From Eledone cirrhosa (Eukaryota), in NCBI GenBank assembly GCA_964016885.1, contig OZ024740.1, positions 172,608,001 through 172,672,000 of the forward strand: 64,000 nt of DNA. Direction: 5' to 3'. The notes below the pieces were generated by a model, which was not told the DNA's origin, did not search any database, and saw only the letters and a program-made list of their open reading frames with translations. Numbering within the stretch: the stretch's first letter is position 1; every line of letters begins with the position of its first letter. Positions 11,931 through 26,191 of the stretch are shown here, in pieces. The translations under genes were made by a program, and so were the position numbers.

Positions 11931-12742
11931 TAAACTCCTCTAAAAACACCCAAGGTCCAGGCAAAGGTATTAAACTGTGTGACAGATTAGTCTACACAAC
12001 ACAAACGGCTTAAACAAATGCCAAAATGTCTTTTTTCTGCGCTCTAACAATCCTGCCAATTCTCCGCCCTACACTGATAGTTTATTTTATCGATCTGCCA
12101 AGGATGAAAAGTAAATTTAACATTGGTGGGGTTTGAACTCAGGGTGTTCAGAGTTGGATCAAATACGCTCTAATGACTGCTGATTCATGCCTAACTTGGA
12201 ATTAATCAACGATAACTCCAAGAACAGTTTCATGCTCCATTCAGGGCACAGTCTATGTGCAGCGGAGACAATTGTGTGGTGGTGACTGAGTATGAAACAC
12301 AGACCCCATGGCTGCTTGTCTGTTACCCTACCACAGACACCTTAAAATTGAAAATATTTCAAAATAAGTTTCTGTATTCTATCAGTCTCTTTTTGTCAAG
12401 CCGGACAAAGGTTCTCGAACATGATACGCCTCCATTTTGTCCGCCGGGGCTGTGGGTAGGCCCCATCGCGTACCGTTGTAGTTGTTGTATACAGATATTA
12501 ACTCATCAATCCCATTTTCCTAATTCATTTCTGTTTATATTGTCAATTACGATTTTATTTGAGGTATCGATAGAATCTACGAGCATTTCAAAAGGCCAAG
12601 TGAGTCTGTATTGACAATGACATAAAGAGGAATTCCTATGTTATATACATCACACTTAATTCTTCCTAATCACTTCAAATACAATATTAACTTCCCATAT
12701 TTTCCTTTTTTCAATCTAGTCCAAAAATGAATATATATATAT

Positions 12743-13251
<509 letters not shown>

Positions 13252-13254
13252 GAT

Positions 13255-13610
13255 TAATTTCTGCCAAGCTGTTCGGGGATAAAACAAATGAATCAAATTG
13301 TTCCATAGAATGAAACATAAAAGAGTATAATTATCCTCAACTGGAGATATAATCATATTTATACCTATCATTTTTCAAAATCTCAATTTATCCTTACTTT
13401 ATAATAGATATAAAGATGATTAGATGTGGATAGCAATTATGTATCTTTATTCTCCATTCTATGGGACAATTTCATTTATTTTTTATCCCTGAAAAGCTTG
13501 ACAAAAATGAATCTATATGTAAACAAAATGTTGTTAATATTTTTATTAATGAAACGCGCGTAGGATAATGAATGATTTGGTTCTAGCAAGAACTTTCACC
13601 ATTCTTTTGA
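13255..13610 (+). mobile_element. Old fold-back PLE remnant with mutated hammerhead (13483-13568)
   Basis: Diverged arms at about 13255-13333 and 13436-13512. Motif reads ttatcc CTGAAAA ... GAAA cgcgcg TA ggataa. Confidence 0.6.
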
Positions 13611-13784
13611 CACACACACACATTAATTTTTGTTTATATATATATGTATATATGTTGAGAGAGAGAAAGAGAGAGAGAGACTGTGTGTGAAAGACAGATA
13701 GATATCACCATAGTAACTAACTACACAGAAAATGACGCTTTCCCGCCGACACTTCCAGGATATTGGCAACAGTTGTTGCCGGCT

Positions 13785-13848
13785 TCCATGTTCGTTACTA
13801 ACCCGAGACGTTTATGTTCTGAAAAAATGTTCGTGAACCGAGGTTCCA

Positions 13849-13853
<5 letters not shown>
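13785..13853. mobile_element. Tigger/pogo-like terminal inverted repeat fragment
   Basis: GTTCGTGAACCGAGGTTCCACTG|TA is the reverse complement of TA|CAGTGGAACCTCGG. Confidence 0.6.
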
Positions 13854-13892
<39 letters not shown>

Positions 13893-14406
13893 GGTGAGTG
13901 AGCTTCGTTATTCCACGCAGACTGACCCCGGAACTCCTCAACCCAACAGCCTAAGCTATTTCTGTATAGATGTACAGAAAAATGTGCGGACATTTCAAAT
14001 GGTCAAGTGTGTATATGGAAGATACCATAAACAGGAAGTTCTCTATTTTTACACACGTTGAAATATTCATAAGAAATCCTTCATCGGAAGTGTCCGTACA
14101 CACGTCAAATGTATCTAATTTCCTATTTCTTTCCTTCCTGTATGTAGGTCAAAAATTCTCGCCCTGAAATTATTAGTTCAAAGATTATTAGATTCTATAG
14201 AGCTCTTCCGTCGGACCATTCAAAACATTATTTTTGTCATGTTAATTTTTAGCCTCTTCATTCACCCATCTTAAAAATAGAATAAAAATATTTTCAATTG
14301 TTTTTCATGAGAACGTCTATATTTGCAGAGTCACCTTATTTTGAGTATTCACTTCATCATGAAAAAAAAAAAATTGTGTTGATGAGTCTCGTGATAGAGA
14401 GAGAGG

Positions 14407-14485
<79 letters not shown>

Positions 14486-14571
14486 AGAGAAAGGTGTAGC
14501 AGTTAGGCAAAAGTCGTATGAAATAAGATCAATGGGAATGGAATATTCAGCCCGATCCAAATGCATAAATA

Positions 14572-14617
<46 letters not shown>

Positions 14618-14725
14618 TAACCACTATTAAAGTTTCCCGCAACGTTGATCTTCAGGCATGAAGATCAATTGGCGTCGTGAAACGCGAGTAACGAGAAAGA
14701 AATTCAGTCACAAATGTAACGTTTC

Positions 14726-14793
<68 letters not shown>

Positions 14794-14810
14794 ATATATA
14801 TATATATATA

Positions 14811-15582
14811 TATATAAATACATTATTGGAGAAAGCTAATAGCGATACTCCGGCCAAATCCCAACTCACTCAACAAACATTAGGAAATAAGTGAGTATAT
14901 TCCTAATTAAACGTTCGGGGTTGTATTGTGTAATTGTATTGTGTGGAAAATTGGCTGCATTATTTCATATGAGATATATCAAATATATCTCTTCCCAGAC
15001 GGACGTCTCGTTTCATTATAAGATTCCTACAAGTTAGGTGAAATTATACCAATTTATGTAGAAACTTATATAAGATCAACAGATACTTATTCAAGTGGGC
15101 TCTTATAATTCTTCAGTGGGTGCCCAATAACATTAATATTGATAGTCAAATCAACATCAATATTTAGCGATAATCACCATCAGTGTTTGAGGTAGCTGCT
15201 AGGTTGCTAGCCCAGCAGTTCTAAAGAAATTCTCATACTGTCTCAAAAAAAGAGGAAGGAGAATTACCGCCAAAAAACAATACATGCGCAGGACAATGAA
15301 TTCTAAAAGGAATTCAAGCCACGTGCTAGAACTCAATTGGAATTTGAAAAAATACCCATATGTGTACATCATTTGTTGACACACATAGATATTTTCTCAG
15401 GCAAAATAACAGAATGAGATACAAGAAACAATCAATATTCATATAAAAAATAAACAAAGAGAGTCAAACCTTATATCGGGAAGTTCATATCCGTTGCTCC
15501 AAGAGTAAATATATAAATACATTATCGGAGAAGCTAATAGCGATACTCCGGCCAAATCCCAACTCACTCAACAAACATTAGG

Positions 15583-15587
<5 letters not shown>
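14811..15587 (-). mobile_element. Non-coding PLE/retrozyme-like unit with ~78-bp direct terminal repeats (period ~699)
   Basis: Repeats at 14811-14889 and 15510-15587, an internal hammerhead, and (TA)n on both sides. Confidence 0.7.
14994..15120 (-). ncRNA. Type I hammerhead with 95-nt stem II
   Basis: Reads ccca CTGAAGA attataaga...tcttataat GAAA cg-agacgtc-cg TC tggg. Confidence 0.8.
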
Positions 15588-15671
<84 letters not shown>

Positions 15672-15678
<7 letters not shown>

Positions 15679-15985
15679 AAGTTAAATAAAAGTCAAATGA
15701 TTAAAATTTAGCTTCGTTTATTACTGCTATATATATTTCAGTGACAGCCATCTTTGGCTGTGACCTCTTCAGGCAGTTTGAATTAGTATGGTATAGACAA
15801 GTACATATGCCAAAGATGGCTGTCACTGAAATATATATAGCAGTAATAAACGAAGGTAAATTTTAATCATTTGACTTTTATTTAACTTTATTTTACACTA
15901 CTCCGGAGTAACCAAACCAACCTGCGCACTTCATCGAGTGTTCCAGCCTGCATACTGAGGTGTTGGTATACAACCAACATAAACT

Positions 15986-15990
<5 letters not shown>
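15672..15990 (+). mobile_element. Fold-back non-autonomous PLE (family A relative)
   Basis: Arms at 15672-15758 and 15809-15895, tail to 15990, and long (TA)n on both sides. Confidence 0.85.
15723..15777 (-). ncRNA. Type I hammerhead ribozyme
   Basis: Reads actgc CTGAAGA ggtcacagcc...ggctgtcact GAAA tatata TA gcagt. Stem II covaries with the 1459 copy (ata/tat versus aca/tgt). Confidence 0.9.
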
Positions 15991-16083
<93 letters not shown>

Positions 16084-16353
16084 ATATATATGTATGTATA
16101 TATATATAGACAGTGTATTATATGATTCAGTGAATTACTGCTGATGGTACCAAAACCGCCATACCCGATGAATAGGCAGAGTGTATATATTAAGAAAAGC
16201 GATGAAGTTTCTTTTACATGTATTTAATTGATGTTTTTTTTTTTATTATGTATCGACCTATTACGCGCGTTTCGGAGAGGCTTGGCTCAGGGTCACCTAT
16301 AGAAGGTATGAACCCGACTTCCTCATCGACATGTTCTTCAGACTGGTGATCCA

Positions 16354-16409
<56 letters not shown>

Positions 16410-16599
16410 ACCAGATACTGTTTCTGGGAATAATTCTAAAGGCGTTTTACAAAAGAAATATTAATTTTTATAGAAATACTATTATCTTTGTGATTGACCA
16501 ATGATTAGACCCAATAGGAGTGTTAAATCGATTAAGGATGTGTCATCACTTTGTTTTTCAATCTAGAGGGAAATACATAAATTTGACATGTTTACATAT

Positions 16600-17860
16600 C
16601 TATATACCCTCAGTGTATATTTATATACGCGTTCACTCAGTCTCAGCAGTGCAATACTGTACGGATTAATCACATCTTGTAGCTTTCATTCATTGGCATC
16701 ATAGAATAGGATATGGTGGCGCGAGCAAGAGAAGTGTGGCAGTACAGCGACTCTAGAGACCAGAGAGTTTTGTTGGCCGTCATCAGCATGAAGATAGGCT
16801 GGAAATTGTGAGCGGTTTGGGTGGTGCAGATGTCAGAGATACGCTTAAAGCAAAACGAGCTGGTGGACACCATTGAAATTGGCACAATTGGCTTGCGATA
16901 CTTCCCAATGACCCATGTTAATCCAAGACAAAGAAAGACACCATCTTATCCAGCATAGATGAAGGCAAAGTGCGCAAGACAGTAGGATTGGGCAGCAGGG
17001 AACGTGGGTGAGTTGGGTCTGTGCTGTCCTGCAAGATACTTGTCTAATATCATCCAAACAGATTTCCATATCGTTTCATTTGTTTGTTTGTTCTAGTCGT
17101 TTACGATACCCTGCGAAGCCTAACTAAACTTCACAGTTTATAACGCTTTCTGTTTTGGCAGGGAATATTTGGTAGAAAGCTGGCGCCAATACGAGGTGTT
17201 TAAGGTAGTTTGCTGGAAGCAGAACTACTGCCATCGGCACCAGCAAATACTACAATCTTCCAAATAAATCGATTGCTTTTATCAAACCTGGAAAGAATAT
17301 TGACACTCAACCAATAACAAAGAATGGGTTGCGATTATACGGCTTGTGACCAGCAGCTGCGTGTCATTCTTGGCATACAATCGAAGTTTCTACAGGACAT
17401 CGAACTAACGATGGTCCGACCGGATATGATCATCGCATTAGAGTCTATAAAACAATTGATGCCTTGAGAAAATTGCATTGAAAGAGCCAAGGAGAGGGAA
17501 CGCATCAACTAACAGGAATTGGTGGACAATTACCAAGATAGAAGCTGGAAAAAACACCGCGAACCTTTTGGAGTGGGTTGTAGAGGCTATACAAGACGCT
17601 CACCCAGCAAGGTGCTAAAATGATTGGGATTTACAGGTGTAGCGAAGAGGTTAGCCATTCAATCTGTGAGCGGAATCGCAGAGAAAGTATCAGGTGGGTA
17701 TAGATTAAAAAGGGCAAATCTATTGGGCCATAAATCTGGGTCTGATCAACTTCGATTAGGTATCACAGGCGAGTGTGTTGAAAGACCCGAAACACCCAAA
17801 TAAGACTGTGTCACATCACTGATGGTGCGTCCCAACTCATCTACGAGGATGTACCTTGCA
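16600..17860 (+). mobile_element. Degenerate HERO-clade RLE retrotransposon 3' part
   Basis: Frame-broken peptides QQGTW, VRPDMII, EPFGVGCRGY and AIQSVSGIAEK. The 3' UTR contains GACCCGAAACACCC...ATCACTGATG. Confidence 0.7.
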
Positions 17861-18066
17861 CAAATATTTAAAAAAATCTAAGAAAGACCCTATTAACTCA
17901 TTTAAACTATTTAAGAATAGTAATAATACCCATTCAATGGAGGTCCAAAATATTTTCTAAAGCAAGATGTATTGCGTAGGAATACGTGAAAGTTAGGCCG
18001 TACCACATCAGCGTTCCACTAATAACTAATGCCTCTTTCTTTATAATTAATTTCTCCACCCATCAA

Positions 18067-18169
<103 letters not shown>

Positions 18170-19009
18170 GTCCCCCATTTGCTTTCTTTTCTTTTCCGTT
18201 TAAGCGATGAAAGGAACAATAGTAAAGTGACCTATATTTCTATGTAATTTAAATTTAGAAATAGCTGTCAGTTCCAAGTTCTGATTAGAGTAATTACGGT
18301 GGTTTTCTTAGAAATAAATTATTTCTATTACTAGGAAGCTAAGCCGGCGAGGCTTTAAAAGAAAGAAAACAAAATTATATATGTCAATGAGGAATTCATG
18401 CTCGAGACCGTAACGTTGCGATTAACAGACCAAAGCATCAACTAAGAAACGTGTCTTTAAAATTGCACCAGTTATTTACGTTTGTCTATGCCTTTTGTGT
18501 TTGTAACCACGCTTAGGTTAATAGATTAGATGTCATTTTCTAAATTATATTTAATATTTCTAAAAGATTTTAAGCTTCGAGATTTAGAGACAGTTCACTC
18601 AAATACAAGACCCGTTATACACAGGCATAACCGTATCCCCTTCAGTGTGTGTTAACATGTTAGTGAAGGCTGCATCATTCCATGCAGGTGCTGTGACAAG
18701 TGTGCAAGAGTAGAAGTCATATATACATATATATGTGTGTGTGTGTGTATGCGCTTTAAACTTTATCTCATGCTTTACATTAGTAGATAGAAATAAACAT
18801 TCTCATATCACGAGAAGTCATGTAAAATGGCTAATGAATTACCCCTGAGAATGGTGAGGGTGGTGCTCTGAAATACCTGTTCCAGCAACCTGGCTCCGAC
18901 ACTGATTTCCGCTGAAGTAAGTATCACAGCAGTAATATTCAAGATTAAAAACTTGCTGCCTTAGAGCACAGAGATTATGATACCGTCCGGTCTTTTGCAA
19001 TAGCCTCGG

Positions 19010-19480
19010 TTTAAGATTACCGACTCGAATTGCGGTCGAAAACAAGTTACGTCCCAAAACCATGCTTGATGATATCATTAAAGGCGAGATGCCGAGGAAA
19101 ACGGCTGGCTCTGAAGTGTCCTGACAGCAAGTAAAGTCCGGAGAGGTCTACTGTAAACCCGCAATGTTATTTGTGTCGGCCATAGATAAACATCCCAGCC
19201 TGAGTGAAACGTCGATTTCGGGACAGTCGTTGTCGAGCTGGACAACAGTCGACTACTAGTGTATAGTCTTCAGCCAATAGCCACTGTGAATGTCCAGGGC
19301 ATTGGAGTGCTGAATAGTATTTCATTAATTGGTAACTGATGAAAACTTATTCGCATCCAGGTCAGACCGGTAATTTCGTATATCCTGGACGCACTAGGCT
19401 TTTGTGGCATTGTCAAAAATCTCGTAGATGAAGGCTTACCATAAAGACAAGGATGAGAGGTATGCCGGTAGTACTAATTT
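19010..19480 (+). pseudogene. Highly degenerate RTE APE-endonuclease remnant
   Basis: PRKTA...IDKHPSLSETSISG resembles PERRTA...IDIAALSETR. Confidence 0.35.
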
Positions 19481-19802
19481 AACGGGGAACTGAAGACAAT
19501 AGTCACCGCATCCAGTTTTCGAAACATTTCCCCTACCTTTACGTTGAACAATAAATTACCTTTACCTAAGAAAAACAAACAAACTAAACTACTCTGATAG
19601 TTGGAAAACTGTGAGAATGACATGACACATGAATAATACTAAAATACTACACATGTGTGTCTATGTGTCTGAAGGGCCTACTTTTATTGTTGATGTTAGA
19701 GCGCAGGTGTCCTTTAGAAGTTAAACAACTAATATGTGACCTATTGACTGAAAATAGCGAATTATAAAGATAAGAAAACATAAAATTGATTATATATATA
19801 TT

Positions 19803-20085
<283 letters not shown>

Positions 20086-20370
20086 CTGGCAGATGTATAC
20101 TTTACTGATGAAGGGTAATGACCCAGAAACATGTTGATTGTTCCTCAAAGGTGACGATCGGTCACCGGCACGGCACAGCTTCCAATCGGGCCATTTGTTT
20201 ACAAACGAATCGAGCATTATTCTTAATGTTCGATATAGCCCATACGTACATATGTGTATGTATACATGTGTGTGTATGTATATATATGTGTGTATATATA
20301 TATGTGTGTGTGTGTACGTGTGCATACTTACATTTATGTATCAGCTGTGCTAGGGCGAGAAATAAAATTC

Positions 20371-20456
<86 letters not shown>

Positions 20457-20461
<5 letters not shown>

Positions 20462-20947
20462 AATTAATATCTAGTAACATATATATACATACAGATGCAT
20501 ATCAATGCTAGCAAATATATAGGTTTACTAGATATTAATTCTTTATAATTATCTCCAAATTATTTGTCGAGCAATATTGGCCAAGACTGCTGCTATGGTA
20601 GCAGGCAGGCCGCTGTCTTATTAGCAAACCACTTTCCACTGATTGACCTCGATGTCACATGATTGATTCTTTTTGAATTTGCCACCGACGCAGAGGCAGT
20701 AATTTTCTCAATGGCTAGGAATTCAGTCCACGCTTTGCTATTTTCTATCCACTGAATTATTTTTGAATAAGTTTCCAGAGTCCACGCTTTGCCTGGATAC
20801 TTAGCTGAGAATAGTCTTCCCTGGCGACGAAATGATTCTCTATGTTTTCTTCGGAAAGTATATTTATTCCATTTCAGAAACTAATTAGTTGGAAGTGATA
20901 TTTTAGTAAGTAAGTTAATTTTATAATTTTCTTATTTTACGTCTCTC

Positions 20948-20952
<5 letters not shown>
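20457..20952 (+). mobile_element. Family F element with short 5' inversion
   Basis: 20457-20526 is the reverse complement of 2474-2543, and 20924-20952 matches about 2399-2429. (TA)n flanks. Confidence 0.7.
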
Positions 20953-21010
<58 letters not shown>

Positions 21011-21066
21011 TATTAAACAAATAATGAATAAACAATGAAACAGTTCCTTATATTAAACAAAAAAAG

Positions 21067-21220
21067 TTCATTATTTAACGATCGTTTCTAGGATATATAT
21101 GTGTTAGAATTGGCATGCATATTCAACAGATCTATGTACAAAATTATACAAAATTATACAAACTATCAAGATTAAATATACATACCAACACATATATACG
21201 CCGTCTTCAGAAATAATGAA
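21067..21220 (-). ncRNA. Type I hammerhead with 115-nt stem II
   Basis: Reverse complement of 23940-24093. Confidence 0.75.
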
Positions 21221-21474
21221 ATATATTTATTGATAATAACAACAATTCAAAATTTCAGGTCCGTTTGGGAACAAAATTGACCAATGAAAATACAAAAGGT
21301 TTAATATATGTAGGTAGGTGTATATATGTTTGGGTATTTATATCTGAATATAAAAATACATATATGCGCATGCAAATAAGAATGTAAGATTGTGTGTGTG
21401 TATATATATATGTGTGTATGTATGTGTATATGTGTATATATGCATGTCTATATATATGTGTATGTGTATGTGTG

Positions 21475-21535
<61 letters not shown>

Positions 21536-21788
21536 ATGTATGTATGTATATGTGTGTGTGTATATATATGTATGTCTCTCTATTTATATGTCTATCTTCG
21601 TATCTATGTGGATATATGTGTGTGTGTGCATATATACACATATATGTGTTTATGTGTATATATGTGTATGTGTATATATGTGTGTGTGCACACACATATA
21701 TATGTGAGTGTGTATATGGGTGTGTGTATATGTATGTGTATATATATATATATATATATATCTATGTGTGTATATGTGTCTATATTCG

Positions 21789-21847
<59 letters not shown>

Positions 21848-22062
21848 TATTTATTATTATAATATAACTTATGTGTATGTGTGTATATGTGAGGCTGTGT
21901 ATATGTATATATATGTGTATATATATGTGTAAAAAAATATATATGTGCATGTCTGTTTTTTATGTGTGTGTGTATATATATATATGTGTATATATATGTA
22001 TATGTGGGTGTTTGTATGTGTATTTATGGTTGTATGTGTGTGTGGGTATATATATATAAGTG

Positions 22063-22093
<31 letters not shown>

Positions 22094-22424
22094 GTGTATA
22101 TATATCTCTATTAATGCGTGTATATATGTATATGTATATGCCTTTTTCTTTGTATGTCTGAGTTGGGTGAGGGTGTAGTGGTGTTTCTATGTATATACGC
22201 ATATATGGATGCGTATGTATTTGTATATATGAGTATATGTAAGTGCGTATGTATGTATGAATATATATCTAATTCTATGTATGAGTATATATATGTGTAT
22301 GTATGTTGTGTGTGTATGTATGTATATGTCTATGTGTGTATATATATATGTATGTATGTGTGTGTATGTATCTATGTATGTGTATGTATGTACATATATG
22401 TCTATGTATGTGTGTATGTATATG

Positions 22425-22471
<47 letters not shown>

Positions 22472-22677
22472 TTATTTTATATATATGTGTGTGTGTGTAT
22501 GTGTGTGTGTGTGTGTATATATATCTTTATATATGTGTATGTGTATGTTCGTGTAGGTGTATGTGTGTGTATGACTATATATGTATGTGTGTATGTGTGT
22601 ATGTGTGTGTGTATATATATCTATGAGTGTGTACATGTATGTATGTGTATGTATGTGTATGTGTGTATATGTGTATG

Positions 22678-22738
<61 letters not shown>

Positions 22739-23017
22739 GTTTCTCTATTTGTATATGTATATGTGTATAGGTATATACCTTTTTCTTTGTATGTCTGAGT
22801 TGTGTGAGAGTGTAGTGGTGTTTGTATGTATATACCGATATATAGATGCGTAAGTATTTGTCTGTATGTATGTATGTATGTCTGTATGTATTTGTGTGTA
22901 TATATAGGTATGTATGTGTATATCTGTATGTATATAAGTATGTAAGTGTATGTATATGTGCGTGTATGTGTGTATATATATGTGTGTCTATATAGTATGT
23001 GTGATTATATGTGTATG

Positions 23018-23084
<67 letters not shown>

Positions 23085-23234
23085 ATTTATATGTATGTGT
23101 GTATATGTATGTATGTGTGTATATATATATATGTTTATATATATGTGTGTGTATGTATGTTCTAAGTGTGGATGTGTGTATATGTATGTATGTGTTTGTA
23201 TATGTGTATATATATATATGTGTGTATATATGTG

Positions 23235-23312
<78 letters not shown>

Positions 23313-23939
23313 CTTGATATATTTCTTTTTTCTTTTTTCTTTTTCTTTTCTTTCCTTTTTAATGTTTATTTATTATTTATTATTTTTTATTTTCTTAGTT
23401 TATAGATACATCTATATTAAGCAGTCTGCCCAAACCGTTGAATACTGACCTCTCCCTCCCTCCCACCTAATTTCTGTATCTTGATCTAAATGTGTGTGCC
23501 AGTGTTTATGTGAGTGAATTAATATCCATGTGCTTAGGATTTTATATCCACATATATATATGTGAGTGGGGGTGTGTGTGTGTTTGTATGTTCGTAGTTA
23601 TGTGTATGTTTATGCATATACGCGCGTGTATGTGTGATTGTACGGATATGTGTGAGTATGAGAATATGTGTATACACTTATTTCATATTTATGTGTCTAT
23701 ACGCATCTTATCTGTGCATTATAAACTTACAGAGACATTAACCTTGAAATTTTGTATTTGCATCCATCCTTTTGGTATGCGTATACAAGTTGTGCATACA
23801 TTTTTGTAAAATATGTGTAAGGGTAGTTACATATATATACACACACCGAACTGCATTAAACCTTTTGTATTTTCATTGGTCAATTTTGTTCCCAAACGGA
23901 CCTGAAATTTTGAATTGTTGTTATTATCAATAAATATAT

Positions 23940-24093
23940 TTCATTATTTCTGAAGACGGCGTATATATGTGTTGGTATGTATATTTAATCTTGATAGTTT
24001 GTATAATTTTGAACAATTTTGTACATAGATCTGTTGAATATGCATGCCAATTCTAACACATATATATCCTAGAAACGATCGTTAAATAATGAA
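23940..24093 (+). ncRNA. Type I hammerhead with 115-nt stem II
   Basis: Reads ttcattattt CTGAAGA cggcg-tatatatgtgttgg...ctaacacatatata-tccta GAAA cgatcg TT aaataatgaa, with a 10-bp stem I. Confidence 0.75.
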
Positions 24094-24315
24094 CTTTTTT
24101 TGTTTAATATAAGGAACTGTTTCATTGTTTATTCATTATTTGTTTAATATTTTATCTTGACTCTGTATACCGTTTATCTTTCACCGAAAGTGATTTTTCA
24201 TTACATCTCTTCTTTCCATGATATCCGGAATACATTGAGTTCTTCATACGGATTGGACACTACCGTAAACTCTTGGTAGATTTATCTACATATATATATA
24301 TATATATATATATAT

Positions 24316-24513
24316 AACGAAGGAAGTGTGGCAAGGAACCAGGTGGACCATAACGCACCAGAGTACTCGATACTTAGGGTAGTAGAGTGGGTAATAGAAA
24401 AATAATCAGGACTCCGACGGCTGAGTTCCGGCCGTTACGACAGCTAGATCTGAACTGTTCAGATCTAGCTGTCGAAACAGCCGGAGCTCTGCCGTGGGGG
24501 TCCTGACTCTTTT

Positions 24514-24517
<4 letters not shown>
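24316..24517 (-). mobile_element. Family B fold-back element
   Basis: Full tail plus a ~60-bp hairpin centred at about 24455, with (TA)n flanks. Confidence 0.8.
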
Positions 24518-24600
<83 letters not shown>

Positions 24601-24608
<8 letters not shown>

Positions 24609-25395
24609 GCAAGTTTGAAGAACTACTAGATAAAATATATGCAGTATTTTCTTTCCCTAGTCCGTATAAATCAACCTCATAATAATCAATTAAACGAGGC
24701 TATAAGTTTAAAATGTAACTATGAAGAAATAATAGACAAATAATACAGACTATCTTCTGTGAGGAACAGCCAGATAAAATTTACCTAGTCTTTCCTTTTA
24801 GCCCGTAGAAATTGACTAGACAAATAATCAACTACACGGAGTTAGGTATAAAATAGAAGTTTGAAGAAAAAATGTATATAAACTTTACCAAAATTCCTCT
24901 AGTCTCGACTACCGGTAGTTTCGTTCCTTTTCTGTGGATATACCCGATCTTGGATCTATCCACGAGGCTTGGAACTCACCAAGAGACGCCTCGAGTCTGG
25001 ACGAAAGTTTCTACCGTGTTCCCCGCCAGAAATGAATTTAAAAATGGCTTTTCTTCAAACTTCTATTTTATACCTAACTCCATGTAGTTGATTATTTGTC
25101 TAGTCAATTTCTACGGACTAAAAGAAATAACTAGGTAAATTATATCTGGCTGTCCCTCGTGGAAGATAGTCTGTATCATTTGTCTATTATTTCTTCATAG
25201 TTACATTTTAAACATATAGCCTCGTTTAAATGATTATTTATGTGGTTGATTTATACGGACTAGGGAGAGGAAATACCGTATATATTTTATATAATAGTTC
25301 TTCAAACTTGCAATTTTATGTATAGCTCTGATTAATAATTATTTGCTTAATTAATGTTTTCATTGAGCCACACCGTGAAAGGTAGCCACACTCAT
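24601..25395 (+). mobile_element. Fold-back element with ~270-bp diverged arms
   Basis: Arms at 24601-24870 and 25049-25319 and a tail with CATTGAGCCAC. I found no complete hammerhead core. Confidence 0.75.
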
Positions 25396-25848
25396 ATATG
25401 TATCTGTGACTATGTCTAATTATATACATATATCCCTTTGAATTTATATTATATATTTCTCTGTGTGCGCGCGCGCGCGTGTGGTGTGGTGTGGTGTGTG
25501 TGTGTCTGTGTGTGCGTGTGTGTGAGGGAGATCATGATTTAAATAATGATTTCTACTTTCCAAGCTATGCTATATCTTATTCAACGTTTCTATGCTGGTA
25601 TACTGCAATACCTGAATTTATTGACATTACATCTGTGACATGGTCTCACATACATTATAATTGTTTCTAATTAGTGGTGTTTATATTGTAAAATTACTTC
25701 AAGGATATAGCAGAAAAGATTGTAAAGACCTAATTAGAATTTAGTGTATAATTAATATTTTTTTAATTTTCTTATATTGTCACATACGCTACGGCACCAA
25801 TTTAATTAAAAAGGTTATGGGTGAATTAAGATAAATTTCATTAATATG

Positions 25849-25922
<74 letters not shown>

Positions 25923-26136
25923 TATATATATATATATATATATATACAAATAGTGAAAACAATGAAATTAAACAAAAAACGGTTAATTCATAGTAAAACT
26001 CATTATTTTACGATCGTTTCTGGGGGGTAGTTCTCCGTATGTCCATTCTATTATTGATCTATGTAAAATATATTACAAAATATCACAGTAAGAAAATATA
26101 CATACGTCTTCACTACCCGCCGTCTCCAGAAATAAT

Positions 26137-26191
26137 TGTCTCTACTTTAGGCACAAGGACAGCAAATACTTAGTGCATTACTGGTACTTTT
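26137..26191 (-). mobile_element. Tiny 3' SINE fragment with 10-bp TSD inside the left arm
   Basis: TSD CAGAAATAAT at 26127-26136 and 26192-26201. The fragment is absent from the right arm. Confidence 0.85.

Larger units (their letters stand above)
21010..24288 (+). mobile_element. Fold-back PLE: ~290-bp inverted arms around ~2.5 kb of TA/TG low-complexity DNA
   Basis: Arms at about 21010-21300 and 23859-24149 are nearly identical, each with a hammerhead. The tail 24150-24288 resembles 28937-29024. Confidence 0.85.

Noticed and set aside
20100-20140. Functional hammerhead at CTGATGA agggtaatgaccca GAAAC
   Set aside because: The core and stem II are present, but stem I does not pair.
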